Shown: positions 12,786-26,352 of the stretch, piece after piece
Layout of the letters: every line of letters starts with the position of its first letter
Numbering within the stretch: position 1 is the stretch's first letter
NCBI GenBank assembly: GCA_052327205.1
Contig: CM126224.1
Coordinates: 33,604,001-33,668,000 of the forward strand
Source: Somniosus microcephalus
Taxonomy: Eukaryota
DNA length: 64,000 nucleotides
Reading direction: 5' to 3'
Notes under the pieces: model-generated
What the model was told of the DNA's origin: nothing
Database searches by the model: none
Seen by the model: the letters and a program-made list of their open reading frames with translations, nothing else
Translations under genes and position numbers: made by a program

Positions 12786-13496
12786 GGGGGAAAAATTGGG
12801 TTGGTTTGCGCCTCCCGTTAGCGCCCCCGGGAGCGCTAACAGGGCGCAAAGCACCTAGCGCCCGGGCGTGGTGCCGCTAACACCTCCTGTGAAATTCAGT
12901 GGGAGGTTAGCGGCGGTGGTAACGGCCCATGGCGCTGCACCTCTGGCGATGACGTCTTCACCGTGCGCATTGCCGGTCGCTAACTTTGGCTGCACCCCCT
13001 GACTTATCACCGGACGATAAATCAGACAGGGTCAAGGTGGCGTTTTTGCAGCCACGGCGGCGGTATTTAAAGGGGCAGGTGTTGGGCGACCATTTTTTTT
13101 CTGGCCGCCTGCCAGCACCAGCCCACTTCCCCTCTTTTATTCGGGGTGCCGGCCGCGATCGCTCAGCCTGGCACTCCGAGTGCTGGGCTGCTTTCCCGGC
13201 ACCTCGCTCCCCGGTAGTCCAGCAGGGCCCCGGTGCGCGCAGCATTAGGCCCCTCCCCTTTAATCAGGGGAGGGAGGCCTGCAATACCACGGCACCACTT
13301 GCCGATGCGCGTGGCGCTGTTGCACGTAGCGCCACAATATTCACTGGTAGCGCCCCAGGAAGGAGGGGGAGTGCTTCCAGTAGCGCCCTGCCTCCTGCTT
13401 GGGGCACTACCACTGAATTTATGGCACACGGGCGCTAACTTTTTTGGGGCGCTAAAAGTTAGTGCCCCAAAGAGGGCGCCACCAAATTTTTACCCC
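12786..13496. mobile_element. Harbinger-like MITE with TIRs and 3-bp TSD
   Basis: gggggaaaaattgg...ccaaatttttacccc, flanked by tat on both sides. Internal repeated gttagcgc/gcgctaac motifs. Related copy in opposite orientation at 50991. Confidence 0.8.
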
Positions 13497-13519
13497 TATA
13501 GCTTTCCAGACCGAGAGGT

Positions 13520-14710
13520 GATGGGAGAATGGAGATGACTTTTAATATAGAGAAAGCATCTACAGTATATACCGTGCAGAGTTGTGTGCTCGAAACGGCT
13601 GAAGGTGAGGAGGAACTGGGGATTATAGTGCACGTATTATTCAAGGTCCATCACCAGTGCCCTGAGGCTATAGCAAAAGCAAATAGGGAATTAAGATGTG
13701 TTGCCAAGACAATTAAATACAAAACAAGAAATGTTATCCTTTATCTGTATAAGGCCTTGGTCAGGCCACATCTAGCATGCTGTGTCCCGTTTCAGTCCGC
13801 TCACATCGTACGGTATATAGAACCCTCGAAAAAAGGTTCAATGTAGAGACAGTAGATTGATACCTACTTTAAGGGCCCTCCAGTAGCAGGATAGGCTAAG
13901 AGAGATGGGGCTTTTTACTTTAAAAAAGCAAATACTTATGGAGGACGATAGCAAAATACTGCGGATGCTGGAAATCCGAAATAACAACAGAAAATGCTGG
14001 AAAAACTCAGCAGGCCAGGCAACATCCGTGGAGAGAAATTAGAGTCGACGTTTCGGGTCTAACCCTTTTTCAAAACTGGAAAGGAAATGAAAAAAGACTT
14101 ATGGAGATTTGATTGAGGTCTAGACAATAATAAAAGGATAAGAGTTAGTCCACATGGAAAGGCTATTCACGCTAGAAAGGTGAGGGAGAACCAGGAGACG
14201 CAAGGATAAGACACATAAGCAAAGAACTATGTCCGATGTTAGGAGGTACTTGTTTTCACAGAGAGTTGTCAACCTGTGGAAAAAGTTGCCAGCAAGTGTA
14301 GTGAGAGTAGATTTTCTGCAAGCATTGAAAAGGGAGCTGGACGAGTTTCTGAGGGTGGCGGACATATCTACATAGAGGGCAGGTGGGTCATCGGGCGGAG
14401 ACCATGGCCTCCTGGAGCTTGCTTGATTAGAAATTATTTTCCCCCAAGAGCTCTTTTTCCTAAATTGGTCAAGGGTTTTTTCCCTTTATTTTGCCTCTTC
14501 CGGGAGATTGTGTGGTGCTGTGTTTGTCTGTGTGTGTATTGGGAGGGTGGGGAAGCGGGGTGCAATGAGGTGATGGTGGGCAGAAGTTACACCATGCCAG
14601 GACGTTCCCATGTCCCACCAATTCATAACGGTAGCACCAGGCACAGCACAAAATAGAATAGGTTCAAGTGGAGCCAGAACGACGGGGACTCTACTTCAGA
14701 ATGTTTCCTT
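13520..14710 (+). mobile_element. Old CR1 3' part with long 3' UTR, interrupted by a Penelope-like insertion
   Basis: LGI.VH...KANR.L...LYKALVRPHL, then FSQRVVNLW.KLP after the insertion. Confidence 0.8.
13944..14096 (-). mobile_element. Penelope-like pLTR insertion
   Basis: TSD acttatggag at 13934-13943 and 14097-14106. Minus strand has gggttagacccGAAAcgtc-gact with a mutated CUGANGA box. Confidence 0.85.
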
Positions 14711-15803
14711 CTTCCCTGGCCTCTCATTGCTTGTTTAGACTGCACGGTTGAGGTAGGAAATTCAACATGCGAAGAATCACAGGCGCAAGCACAGACCCTG
14801 CTCTTCTCCAGAGCATCAAAACACGATTAGTGTTGTTGGCATCTATTTGTCAGAAACTTTATTTGATGTAAAGAGAGCTAAATGCATTTTTGAGCTCAAT
14901 TCAGAAAAATGTTGCACGATGGAAATTAACCTCGCTGTAAAATTATTCGTGACATGTAGGAGTTCTGTGGTCCAGATGTGATGATGCTGTCAGCACCATG
15001 GATAACAAACAAACACCGTGCCAAAGGTTAAGCTGGACTTATTTATGATATTTACATATTTTTGGCCTCGATTTACTATCGAGCTGGTCTTTAGCCAATT
15101 CAAAAGGTGACTTTTTTTTGAGACACGGTTCTCAACTCCAAAGTGAACAGTGGAGATCTGGGAAGCAAGTTAATTTTGCCAGCAAAACAGTATAAAATAG
15201 GCAATAGATTATCCTAAACAGTTATAAAGTGAAAAAAGTCAGAATATAAAAAAAATAGGGAAGACAAGATCAAGAGGACAGAGTGGGAACATTCGTTTTT
15301 AATTGTTTAAAGTAGTATTTTATGGTTTATTTTAGTACTGTATTCAAGTGATAAAGTGGGTATCAGATTAGTTTTTAGATTATAATGTTTATTTCACGGT
15401 CATAATGAGTAAGCTGTTGGCTCAGGGAGACTGGAATTCCATTGAGTTGCTAGCAGGCTAACTCTAAAAGATTATGCAGAATACTTCTGAAATCAGAAAT
15501 TCAGACATATTGCACTGATCTTAATTAACTGGAAAATTTGAAGTCCCTCATATTTCAACACCAGTAAATTTGCAGATAAAGTACAAAAGGATTACTGCAT
15601 AGTTCAATACTCACTTGTACTCTGAAAATACAAAATAAAATCGCAGAAAACACATGGCAACCAGAATTGCAGCATCAAACATGTTTACTCTTTCACAGAG
15701 TAAAGGTTAAATTTAAAGAAGTGAAATGTATTGTAAGCATTTTTGAGTCAACCTGGATTGCGAATGAAAGTATTTCAAATGTAAATCTTTTGGAATCACA
15801 TTA

Positions 15804-16135
15804 CAGGAAACTTTGGTTTATCCGGAGGTTGTATGGCCGGAAACTTTGCTCTAACGGCAGAAATCAGCAGCCGTTTTAGTTAGTTTTTTTTTCTTCTCCT
15901 AGCATTCTGCTAACAGGCAGGCTCTGGAAAGCGTCTTTGGAGCTTCGCAACAGCTTCAGAGACGCTTCAAGGTACGGGCCGAGTGTTTACGAGCTGTTGC
16001 TGAGCAACAGTGTTTGTTGTCAAATACGGAGATTTTCATCTCCGTATGCTTCAACGTTGACTTTGCATGTCCGGCACTTTTGATAGATCGGCAACACGCT
16101 GGTCCCGTCGGTGCCGGATATCAGAACTTTTCCTG
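15804..16135. mobile_element. pogo/Tigger-like (Tc1-mariner superfamily) MITE, copy 1
   Basis: TA|caggaaactttggtttatccgg...ccggatatcagaacttttcctg|TA. Homologous to 26034, 34834 and 46373. Confidence 0.9.
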
Positions 16136-16351
16136 TATTTAATTTACCTTGCCTTTAAAAATATTCCATGAACATATAATACCTGAGTTGGAGTGCTGCA
16201 GTACAGAATGTGTACACGCAGACAAAGGGTATATACCTAGAGGAAGGCACATACATTCACACAGCTAAATACACAAACAATGCTGGATTCATACCAGCCA
16301 TCAGAGAAATCCAGGAACAACCAGATACCCAGACACAACCAGACAGTACTC

Positions 16352-17013
16352 TTTTTGTTTATTCATTCATGGGATGTGGGCACCGCTGGCAAGGCCAACA
16401 TTTATTGCCCATCCCTAATTGCCCTTGAGAAGGCGGTGGTGAGCCACCTTCTTGAACCGCTGCAGTCTGTGTGGTGAAGGTACTCCCACAGTGCTGTTAG
16501 GTAGGGACTGCCAGGATTTTGACCCAGCGATGATGAAGGAACGGCAATATACTTCCAAGTCAGGATGGTGTGTGACTTGGAGGGGGGACTTGGAGGTGGT
16601 AGTGTTCCCATGCACCTACTACCCTTGTCCTTCCAGGTGGTAGAGGTCACGGGTTTGGGAGGTGCTGTCAAAGAAGCCTTAACGAGTTTCTGCAGTGCAT
16701 CTTGTAGATGGCACACACTGCAGCCACGGTACGCCGGTGGTGGAGGGAGTGAATGTTTAAGGTGGTGGATGGGATGCCAATCAAGCAGGCTGCTTTGTCC
16801 TGGATGGTGTCGAGCTTCTTGAGTGTTGTTGAGCTGCACTCATCCAGGCAAGTGGAGAGTATTCCATCACACTCCTGACTTGTGCCTTGTAGATGGTGGA
16901 AAGGCTTTGGGGAGTCAGGTGGTGAGACACTTGCTGCAGAATACCTAGCCTCTGACCTGCTCTTGTAGCCACAGTATTTATGTGGCTGGTCCAGTTAAGT
17001 TTCTAGTCAATGG
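16352..17013 (-). mobile_element. CR1-group LINE 3' fragment, second family (gggcaattagggatgggcaataaat tail)
   Basis: Minus-strand frame AGQRLGIL...YKAQVRSVMEYSPLAW, then WQSLP. Inverted homologue at 30412. Confidence 0.85.
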
Positions 17014-18350
17014 TTTAAATCAGATGCCTTAAATCTTGTACTATTTAAAGTCATTATTAAACCATACCAAATACATTTAACATATAAAGATTTTTTCAAC
17101 ACTTTAGATCATGTTAATCTAATAACTATACTCCTCACTTTTAAATGCAGCAAAATTGGGCCAGGATAATTTATTTAGAAGGTATTTTCCTTGAGGAGAT
17201 AGTTACTGTCAAAAGGCCTGCGGTGTTATTCCAGATGTCTTAATTTACAATTTTCATTCACATCAGCCCCCATTGAAATGTCTAGGTTGCTAATCAAAGA
17301 TCAAAGCACAACAACTTGTAAGGACTGGAGAATATCAGACCTGTAGCATATTATTCAGGAAGAAATCCCGAATGAAAAGTTGTACATAAGAACATGTTTT
17401 ATCCATTCTGCATCTCCTCCAGTCCTCTATAATTTCAAACAAAAACAGAATTGTACACAGTAGCAGTTCATAGTGCCACTCTTGCATACACAACAACCTT
17501 AGAATATAAAAATAATTTATAGTTTCCTTGTTCATAAACAAGTCACCTACATTACAGAAAAAGAGAATTCTCAACTACACGGCCCTTGTAGAACTTGATT
17601 CCTGTGTGGTTGCTAGTATTATGGAAAGGCACTCGAGGATGCAAGAAACTGTCAAAGATGCCTGATTCAGCAGACATCTAAATAAATGGCAGTCTGAAAA
17701 AGAGAAAACAATGACAAAAAAAGAAAGTTTTTTGCCTTTTTCTTACCTTATACAAAACTGTGTGTTGGGTCTGTGGATAATGACCAAAGGAGCAGACTTT
17801 GATTTTGTGTATCCCCATTTGCCGAGTGTATTTTCCACCTTTTACTAATGCAGATAAACTGCAAAGAGATATTGCACTAAGAGCAGGTACAGGTTTGAGT
17901 TCTATGAAGAGTAGGTTAAAAAATAATTCTGAAATCTTTACCACAGTCCAATCACTGAACTAGTCAGTGTAAACCAAAAACTGAAAAGATTCAACTAAAG
18001 TATATAAAATTGAATTAGATTTCCAAAATGCGTGGCTTCTACCTTGCTCTTGTAGCCAGGTTGATGATATGGTCCAATTAAGTTACACAAAGTACACTTG
18101 GAGTTTATTTACAGGACATATGAATATTCAATTCATTGGAGTATTTAACTGTATAATCAACAATTTTGTCATTTCACACATATTTAATGTCAAGGGTGAA
18201 GTTTGAGTTTTGTTTAACATGGTCTTGTCTAGCAGCAGTGGCTGTCGTCTCCTCACAATGGTGGACAGATGGGGTAATGGACCAGGTGTCTGTATTGGTA
18301 CATTTGTTTGATGGTCTGTTTAATGGCAATACCAATAGGGCATAATTGAA

Positions 18351-18444
18351 ATAACAACAGAAAATGCTGGAAATACTCAGCAAGCCAGGCAGCATCCGTG
18401 GAGAGAGAAACAGAGTTTCAGGTCTGGGACCCTTCATCAGAACT
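18351..18444 (-). mobile_element. Penelope-like pLTR insertion with hammerhead core and stem III deletion
   Basis: TSD cataattgaa at 18341-18350 and 18445-18454. Minus strand reads agtt-CTGATGA-a-gggtc-cca-gacct-GAAA-c, lacking gttaac. Confidence 0.85.
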
Positions 18445-19277
18445 CATAATTGAAGTAATTTCACAAGAAAGTGAGATGAAAGTAACTGTACTTATGTTCC
18501 TGAAGTGAAAATACTAATGCAGTCTTCAAAGGGTTAAATCCCTTATGCACAGTGAGCGCAACAATGAATACATTTCAGTAGAATTAGTTATATACGCAGA
18601 TCCTCAGAATAATGCTGAAATGAGAGAATAGCGCCTGAACGTGACATTTAATCTAGGGAAGGAGTCATGCACAGCGATACCTGACTATGAAAATCTTCTG
18701 CTTGAATAACAACTGCAAACACGTAGCTCATACTGCACCAGATTAGTGGGGAGCCCGTTTCCATGGAAATAAATTTGTTTTGTTGCAAATGTTTCCAAGA
18801 TTAGACATAATGCTCTTTTTATTAAAGGGGCACAGTCACCCTTGGAAAGGGATTTTATTAACTGTTTTTGTTTAGCAACATGCAATACTCATTACCTGAT
18901 ATGTTCTGCAATTATATAGCAACCACGGTAGAATTTTTTTTTTAAATACGAAAAAATGATGACAGCCCCACAAATAGTGCATTGCAAGAAGTGAATTATA
19001 CAAGTTCATTCTGCACTGCATTTGCTACAGTGTGAAATTTACCCAGTGGCCAACATGGTAGATTTAAGAGAGAATAGCAGAAGTACACTGCTTCTGCCTG
19101 CTCGAAAACAGAAGACAACAATGCCTCTTTAATCACTTTGGAAAGAAGCCACCGAATAACTGTCACCCACACCATCGCCTACAAAATCCTTCTTGACAAC
19201 TTAGTCATAACGAATGTATTTAGCTTTGATTAAAATGAACAGAAATTTGTTTTTTGGTGGGGGCAATACTGAAACAG

Positions 19278-20200
19278 AATGAAAGAACTTGCACTTATCA
19301 TGTTCTCAGGATGTCTCAAAGTGCTTCTCAGCCGATGAATGACCCCCGTACAGAATTGCAGCAGTTATTTTGTGCGCAGCAAGGCCTTACGGACAGGATG
19401 AGAGAAATGACCAGTTAATCTGGTAGTATTGGTCAAGGGATTAACGTTGGCCAGGACACCATGAGATTGTCCTGCTCTTCTCTGAATAATGCAATGGGAT
19501 CTTTTCCATTCACCTGAGCAGTTAGATGGGGTCCTGGTTCATGTCTCATTCAGAAGACGGCACCTCCACCAGTGCAGCGCACTCTCAATGCTGTACCCAA
19601 GTGTCAGACTAGGTTATATGCGGAAATTCTAGGCCTTTAATACATGACCATGGAAAGCCCTGTGACATGGTGTACCGTGACTTCCAAAAGGCGATTGATA
19701 AAGTGCCACCTGAAAAGCGATTAGTTAATCTCAAAGCTGTGGAGATTCAGAGTAAACCTTGGGAACAGGTAAGAAATTGGCTGAAGGGAACAAAACAGTG
19801 AGTCATTGTTAGAAGATTTATGTCATAGTGGAAGAAGTACTGAGTGGGATGCCTCTGGGCTTTACATTGGGATCAGTACTGTTTACAATTTACATACATG
19901 ATCTCAGTTCAGAAACGTAATGCAATGTGGTCAAATTTGCAGATGACAACAAACTAGGAGCGTAAATGAAATTGGAAGAGGCAGGTCTGAAATTAGATAA
20001 TTGAGTTGGAGAAACTTGGGCTTTTTAGTCTTGAAAGGAGGTGACCGAGAGGTGATCTTGGAGGTATACAATTTGTTAAGGGAATGGAAAAAGTCAACCT
20101 TGAATATTCTGGTTAGATGAAAGGTCATCCTCATCTCTAATTATTTTGTGACAGTTTGTCTGAGTGGAGAGAGTGCTACCACTGAGCTATGCGGATGCTC
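19278..20200 (-). mobile_element. Old DeuSINE split by CR1 fragments (body ~19278-19635, tRNA-like head ~20155-20200)
   Basis: ttggccaggacacc...gggatctttt...gtctcattcagaagacggcacctcc matches 2857-3178. Head gagagtgctaccactgagctatg (A-box on minus) lies beyond the CR1 piece. Confidence 0.65.
19655..20125 (+). mobile_element. Old CR1 RT fragments with internal deletion
   Basis: gacttccaaaaggcgattgataaagtgcca (DFQKA.DKVP) and aaatttgcagatgac (KFADD), then LEKLGLFSLERR. Confidence 0.8.
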
Positions 20201-20312
20201 AATTTACTGGTAATGGAAGAAAATAAACATTCAAAATCCTTAGTCAAAAATGGAACTCATCTTTTGAAACATTATCAGTAATTTTGTTCTGACTGATAAA
20301 AGGCAAATCACT

Positions 20313-21242
20313 CATAAAAACATAGAAGATAGGAGCAGGAGTAGGCCATTCGGCCCCTCGAGCCTGCTCCGCCATTCAATGAGATCATGGCTGATCATCC
20401 AAATTCAGTACCCGGTCCCTGCTTTCTCCCCATACCCCTTGATCCCTTTAGCCTTAAGAAATATATCCAACTCCTTCTTGAATATATTTAATGAATTGGC
20501 CTCTACTGCCTTCTTTGGCAGAGAATTCCACAGGTTCACCACTCTCTGGGTGAAGAAATTCCTCCTCATCTCTGTCCTAAATGGCTTACCCCTTATCCTT
20601 AGACTGTGACCCCTGGTTCTGGACTCCCCGACCATCGGGAACATCCTTCCAGCATCTAGTCTGTCTAGTCCTGTTAGAATTTTATAAGTTTCGATGATAT
20701 CCCCTCTCGTTCTTCTGAACTCCAGCGAGTACAAGCCCAATCGACCCAATCTCTCCTCATACGTCATTCCTGCAATCCCAGGTATCAGCCTGGTGAATCT
20801 TTGCTGAACTCCTTCCATGGCAAGAACATCCTTCCTCAGATAAGGCGACCAAAACTGCACACAATACTCAAGATGTGGCCTCACCAAGGCCCTGTACATC
20901 TGCAGCAAGACATCCTTGTTCCTGTACTCAAACCCTCTCGCTACGAAGGCCAACATACCATTTGCCTTCTTAACCACCTGCTGCACCTGCATGCTTACTT
21001 TCAGCGACTGGTGCACAAGGACGCCCAGGTCTCGTTGCACTTCCTCTTCTCTCAATCTATTGCCATTTAGATAATAATCTGCCTTCCTGTTTTTGACACC
21101 AAGTGGATAACCTCGCATTTATCCATGTTATAGTGCATCTGCCATGCTTCTGCCCAATCACCCAACCTATCCAAATCATACTGGAGTTTCTCGGCATCCT
21201 CCTTACAGCACACACGCCCACCCAGCTTTGTGTCGTCTGCAA
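20313..21242 (-). mobile_element. Young 5'-truncated CR1 (HER1-like) LINE
   Basis: ORF 20405-21118 is the RT C-terminus, near-identical to 3861-4828 in reverse. Truncated at FADDTK. Confidence 0.95.
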
Positions 21243-21374
21243 AGAGGGCAAATTCTTCGTGTAATTTTAAAGAAGGAAAAGACACAGAAGCGGACATTGT
21301 TGTACTTGATTGAAAAGCCAAGGCTTCATTTGTCCATCTTTGCAAAGCAACCCTGCAGTTTTCTTACAGAAAAA

Positions 21375-21625
21375 TAAAAACAGGAGACCACCATTCGGCC
21401 CATTGATCCTGCTCTGCCATTTCCATTCGCCATGGCAACTCTTAGTTTTTTTTAAATTTCTATTCCTTGTCTTTTCTCCATGTCCCTATATATCCTTACT
21501 TCCCAAGTAAGGATCCATCTCCCTGTCAAACACTTTAAATGATTTTGTATCTATGGGCTTCTGGAGGAGTGTGCTGTAGATTCTCATAAGCTTCAGTGTG
21601 AAGGATGCTCTTCACTCGAATTCTA
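21375..21625 (-). mobile_element. Old CR1 3' tail
   Basis: ccattcggcccattgatcctgctctgccatt, a diverged reverse tail. Confidence 0.6.
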
Positions 21626-21764
21626 AAATTATGATTACTTCCTCTGGATTCCCTACTAATCTTTGTATTTTCTTACACCAGCATCTTCCCTTAAGTTTTC
21701 CATTGTACAACTATTGATATCCTCAATACTTCTGATAAATCCGAATCAAATTCAGTAAGCTGCT

Positions 21765-22131
21765 GAAACATATAAGATCCTGAGGGGTCTGGACAGGGTG
21801 GATGTGGAGAGGATGTTTCCTCTTGTGGCAGAATCTAGAACTAGGGGTCACTGTTTAAAAATAAGGGGTCGCCCATTTAAGACAGAGATGAAGAGAATTT
21901 TTTTCTCACAGAGGGTCGTGAGTCTTTGGAACTCTCTTCCTCAGAGGGCGGTGGAAGCAGAGTCTTTGAATATTTTTAAGGCAGAGGTAGATAGATTCTT
22001 GGTAAGCAAGGGGGTGAAAAGTTATCGGGGATAGGCGGGAATGTGGAGTAATCAGATCAGCCATGATCTTATTGAATAGCGGAGCAGGCTCGAAGGGCCG
22101 AGTGGCCTACTCCTGCTCCTAATTCATATGT
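21765..22131 (+). mobile_element. CR1 3' fragment
   Basis: ETYKILRGLDRVDVERMFPL...FFSQRVVSLWNSLP plus tail. Confidence 0.92.
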
Positions 22132-24177
22132 TAAAATTAAATGACAGCACAAGGACTTGATTTGTAATGTAGGTGGATCCAAGAGTCACCAAATCAGTCT
22201 TATCCAATACAGGGGAAGAAAACACTGGTCAAAATGAAGCTAAACATTGTTGTAGCCCCACTTCTGACTTCTTAATTGCTGGTACTGATTGGATGACAAG
22301 ATTAAATGCAGTAAAATATTCAGAATTAAAGAAAAATGATATTCTATGCCAATTCAATCTGCCAATGTTTGAGGAAGACGACCAGGAATTTGTTCAGGTA
22401 ATTAGGATGCTGGGCAACGTGTGTTTGGAAGCCATTATATCTTGATGTTGTTAAGAGGTTATGCCACATTTCAGGGAAGCAAAGAAAAAAAACAGATAAA
22501 GACATTTTATTTTCTGTTGTCAGAGATGAGAATTTAGTTTCAGTTGACATTGGAGGATCACAAGCCAAATGTTAAATGTTATGCAACTCCAAATGGAAAA
22601 TCTCCTTAGCATAGATGTTAGAAGATTAGCTGAGTGATTTACCGACATGAAAGAGCATCAGCAATAACCATAGCCACCCATCTCCCACTAGATTACTAAA
22701 GGTCCACTGGGAAAACCATGAGTCGTTACCGCACTAGTTTATTAAACATTAAATGAACAGATAACCAGCACCTAATGCCTCCCAGTCTTAAAAAAGTACA
22801 CCATAATCACAAGGCTGTGAAGCAGGGGTTGAATACTTACTCTACTGTACTGCAGTTTTAGCTCTAGATCGAATAGATTTACCACACTTGTGAATAAAAA
22901 TTGTTGGTGTAGAGGTTCTCAGTGCTATCATGGTATCTAATCCATGACCCATCTACTTGGCTCTTACATCAGAACAAAATGAAAGTGAACAACATTTGGA
23001 ATGGACTTTTGGATCAAACAGTAGAGGCAAAAATCTTGGTCCTAAAAGACACAGACAATGGGTTTGGTGTGGGAGCTGCATGCTTGACCCAAGTTGGCCT
23101 ATACAGTGTTCTTCGTCTGTATTGAGGTCTTATGATCAACTCACAGGAAATTGGTTTATAAATTGTCTCAATGCAAATTGCCTTGAATAAAGTGATGCAT
23201 TTCCTTGTTAATTTATTGTCCCACCTCTCTCTAATGATGGTTTGGGATAGCAAATACTGTAGAACATTGTAGAGATTGAATTTGGTTATGATTTTGTGAT
23301 CTGAACCAATTAGATTCCTCGTATATTCTTTATGGTTCTTTTACCAGCAGATGTTATACAACTGAGATTTAAAAGTCCTGTCAAGTATAGGAAAAAAACA
23401 TTGGTTGGGCTTCTGCCATTTAAAAATTTAAGATAAAAGGCATGTTGTAAATTTTGGGATCCAGACAGCTACAGCATGTCTGTGCACATGTTCAAACATG
23501 AATAGGTCACATCTTACAGTAACCTGTGGATGTCAAAACAATTTTTTAGAAACCCAGAATAAAAGTTGTAAAACATTGTACTAACATCTCCTTATTAATA
23601 CCATGTCAAGATAATTACTAGCTTAAAAACCACCCTGTTAGCCAAGAGCATGCGGATTGAATGGACTCAGATTGGATCACAGAGTTTTGGCTGCAAATGG
23701 TGATGATTTGTTACTTTCAGCAAACATTTTATTTGGAATTTGTAACAAATGGACATTGTTTACATTGAAAAACATATGAAAAGCACAAATCACATTGTGA
23801 GCAAAACTGCATTCACTTTTAATTGGTGCTTTCACAGTTACAGGAACTCATCTTTTTAAAAGACCACTGGACATTTGGACTTGTAACAAAATTTCAAAAG
23901 AAAACATAAACTTAGTCAAGTGTCACTTGGCGTCATTTTTAAAGGGGCATTATGGTCCTTTCAGGGCCTTTTGGGCAGGCTCAACCACTGCACCAGCAAC
24001 TTACATTAAAGGAAATAAGACAGGAAATTATAGACCTGTTAGTCTCCCTTCAACCGTTAGTGAACTGCTAGTATCTGTCATGCAGGATGAAATTACTAAG
24101 CTCTCTGAGAAACACGAGTTGATCAGAGGCAGCTCGCACGGATTTCTAAAAGGCAGGCCCTGATTGATCAACCTTAC

Positions 24178-25345
24178 AGAATGTAGAACATAAGAACATA
24201 AGAACATAAGAAATAGGAGCAGGAGTAGGCCAATCGGCCCCTCGAGCCTGCTCCGCCATTCAATAAGATCATGGCTGATCTGATCCTAACCGCCAATCTA
24301 CTATCACAGAACCATCTCCTGAATCTAACAGAATTAGACACACGAAATAGGAGCAGGATCAGGCTACACGGCCCCTGGGCCTGCTCCGCTACCCACAGGG
24401 CCATGACCGAGCTGAACCTAGACTCATGTCCAAATTCCTGCCCGCTCCCCGTAACCCTTAATTCCCTTTACTTCTAGGAAACTGTCTATTTCTGTTTTAA
24501 ATTTATGCAATGATGTAGCTTCTACAGCTTTTTGGGGCAGCATATTCCATGGACCTCCCACCCTCTGAGTGAAGTAGTTCCTCCTCTTCTCAGTTTTGAA
24601 AGAGCAGCCCCTTATTCTAAGACTATGCCCCCTAGTTCTAGTTTCACCCATCATCGGGAACATCTTCCCTGCATCCACCCGATCCAACCCCTTCACAATC
24701 TTATATGTTTTAATAAGATCGCCTCTCATTCTTCTGAACTCCAATGAGTAGAGTCCCAATCTACTCAACCTCTCCTCATATGTCCATCCCCTCATCCCCG
24801 GGATTAACCGAGTGAACCTTCTTTGTACTGACTCGAGAGCAAGTATGTCCTTTCTTAAGTATGGACACCAAAACTGTATGCAGTATTCCAGGTGCGGTCT
24901 CACCAATACCTTGCACAACTGAAGCAATACCTCCCTATTTTTATATTCTATCCCCCTAGCAATGAAAGCCAACATTCCATTGGCCTTCTTAATCACTTGC
25001 TGCACCTGCATACTAACCTTTTGAGTTTCGTGCACCAGGACCCCCAGATCCCTTTGTACTTCAGTACTTTCCAGTTTCTTGCCATTAAGATAATAACTTG
25101 CTCTACGATTTTTCCTGCCAAAGTGCATAACCTCACACTTTCCAGTATTGTATTCCATCTGCCAAATCTCTGCCCACTTACTTAGCCTGTCTATGTCCCC
25201 TTGAAGGTTTTTTATGTCCTCCTCACTCACTACTTTCCCCCCCATCTTAGTATCATCTGCAAACTTTGACATGTTACACTCGGTCCCCTCCTCCAAATCG
25301 TTAATATAGATTGTAAAGAGTTGGGGACCCAGCACTGACCCCTGC
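24178..25345 (-). mobile_element. Young CR1 LINE with ~300 open RT codons and a duplicated 3' tail motif
   Basis: QGSVLGPQLFTIYINDL...KFADDTK...to the stop at 24424 with no interruption. Ends in agaacata repeats. Confidence 0.95.
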
Positions 25346-26033
25346 ATAAAGGGAATGCAGTGAATATGGTTTGTATTGATTTTCAAAAAGCATTTGATAG
25401 GATTCCACATTTAGAGACGAACTGCAAAAATGATTTTCTGTAGAATCAAAGGGAAAGAGTGGGAACAATATCAAAATTAGTTGATACCAAATTGAAAGGT
25501 ATGGCATGTTGTGACAAAGACTGAGAGATGACACGTGTACATAGATATGCCATCAGGTTGGGCAAACAGGTGGCAGATACAGTTCATTGCAGAAAAATGT
25601 CCCCATTTTGGGGGAAAAAAGGGAAAGGAAATACGCACGGTCAGATTTTAAACAGGGTGAAGGAGCAGAGGGGTAAACAAGTAAAGGTAAATGTGACATT
25701 CAAACAGAATGTTATAAAAAAACAAATGCTTAGTTTTTAATTGAGAAGCATAGAATACAAGAGCAAGATAGTAATGCTGAATTTGTACACAAGCTTAGTT
25801 AGGCACAAGTGGAGAGTTGTGTGCAATTTTGGATACCTCAATACAGGATGGATATAAAAGCAATGGAAAAGGTGCAGTTAAGATTTACTAGGGTGTTCAC
25901 GGGAACAAAAGTGTAGTTATGGAGAGACTTGCACCATTAGGGCATTTTCATTGGAGCTGAGGCAGAGCGAGATCATCAAGCTTATGATAAAGTAAACAGC
26001 AATAGATTATTTCTGCTGGTCAGTGAGGTGGTA

Positions 26034-26352
26034 CAGGAAACTTTGTGATATCCGGCACCGACGGGACCGAGCTGTTGCCGTCCCATCAAAACTGCCGGAC
26101 AAACTAGCGCTAATGTTGAAACATACGGAGTTCAGCAACAAACCCTGTTGCTTAGCAACAGCTTCTAAACAGTCGGCCGTACCTTGCAAGCGTCTCTGTA
26201 GCTTAGCAACAGCTTCAGCGAGACCTTGCAGAGCCTGACTGGTGGAAAAAAAAGCAATGAATAGAAAAAAAACCTAACGAAACGGCTCCTGATTTTTGCC
26301 GGTGGATCGAGCATTCCGGACAGTTAACCTCCGGATAAACCAAAGTTTCCCG
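26034..26352. mobile_element. pogo/Tigger-like MITE, copy 2 (opposite orientation to copy 1)
   Basis: TA|caggaaactttgtgatatccgg...ccggataaaccaaagtttcccg|TA. Removing it restores the CR1 sequence ggtaacaaga. Confidence 0.9.

Noticed and set aside
12958-13538. Overlapping GC-rich ORFs or CpG-island promoter
   Set aside because: Lies within a TIR- and TSD-bounded MITE; stop-poor GC-rich DNA explains the ORFs.
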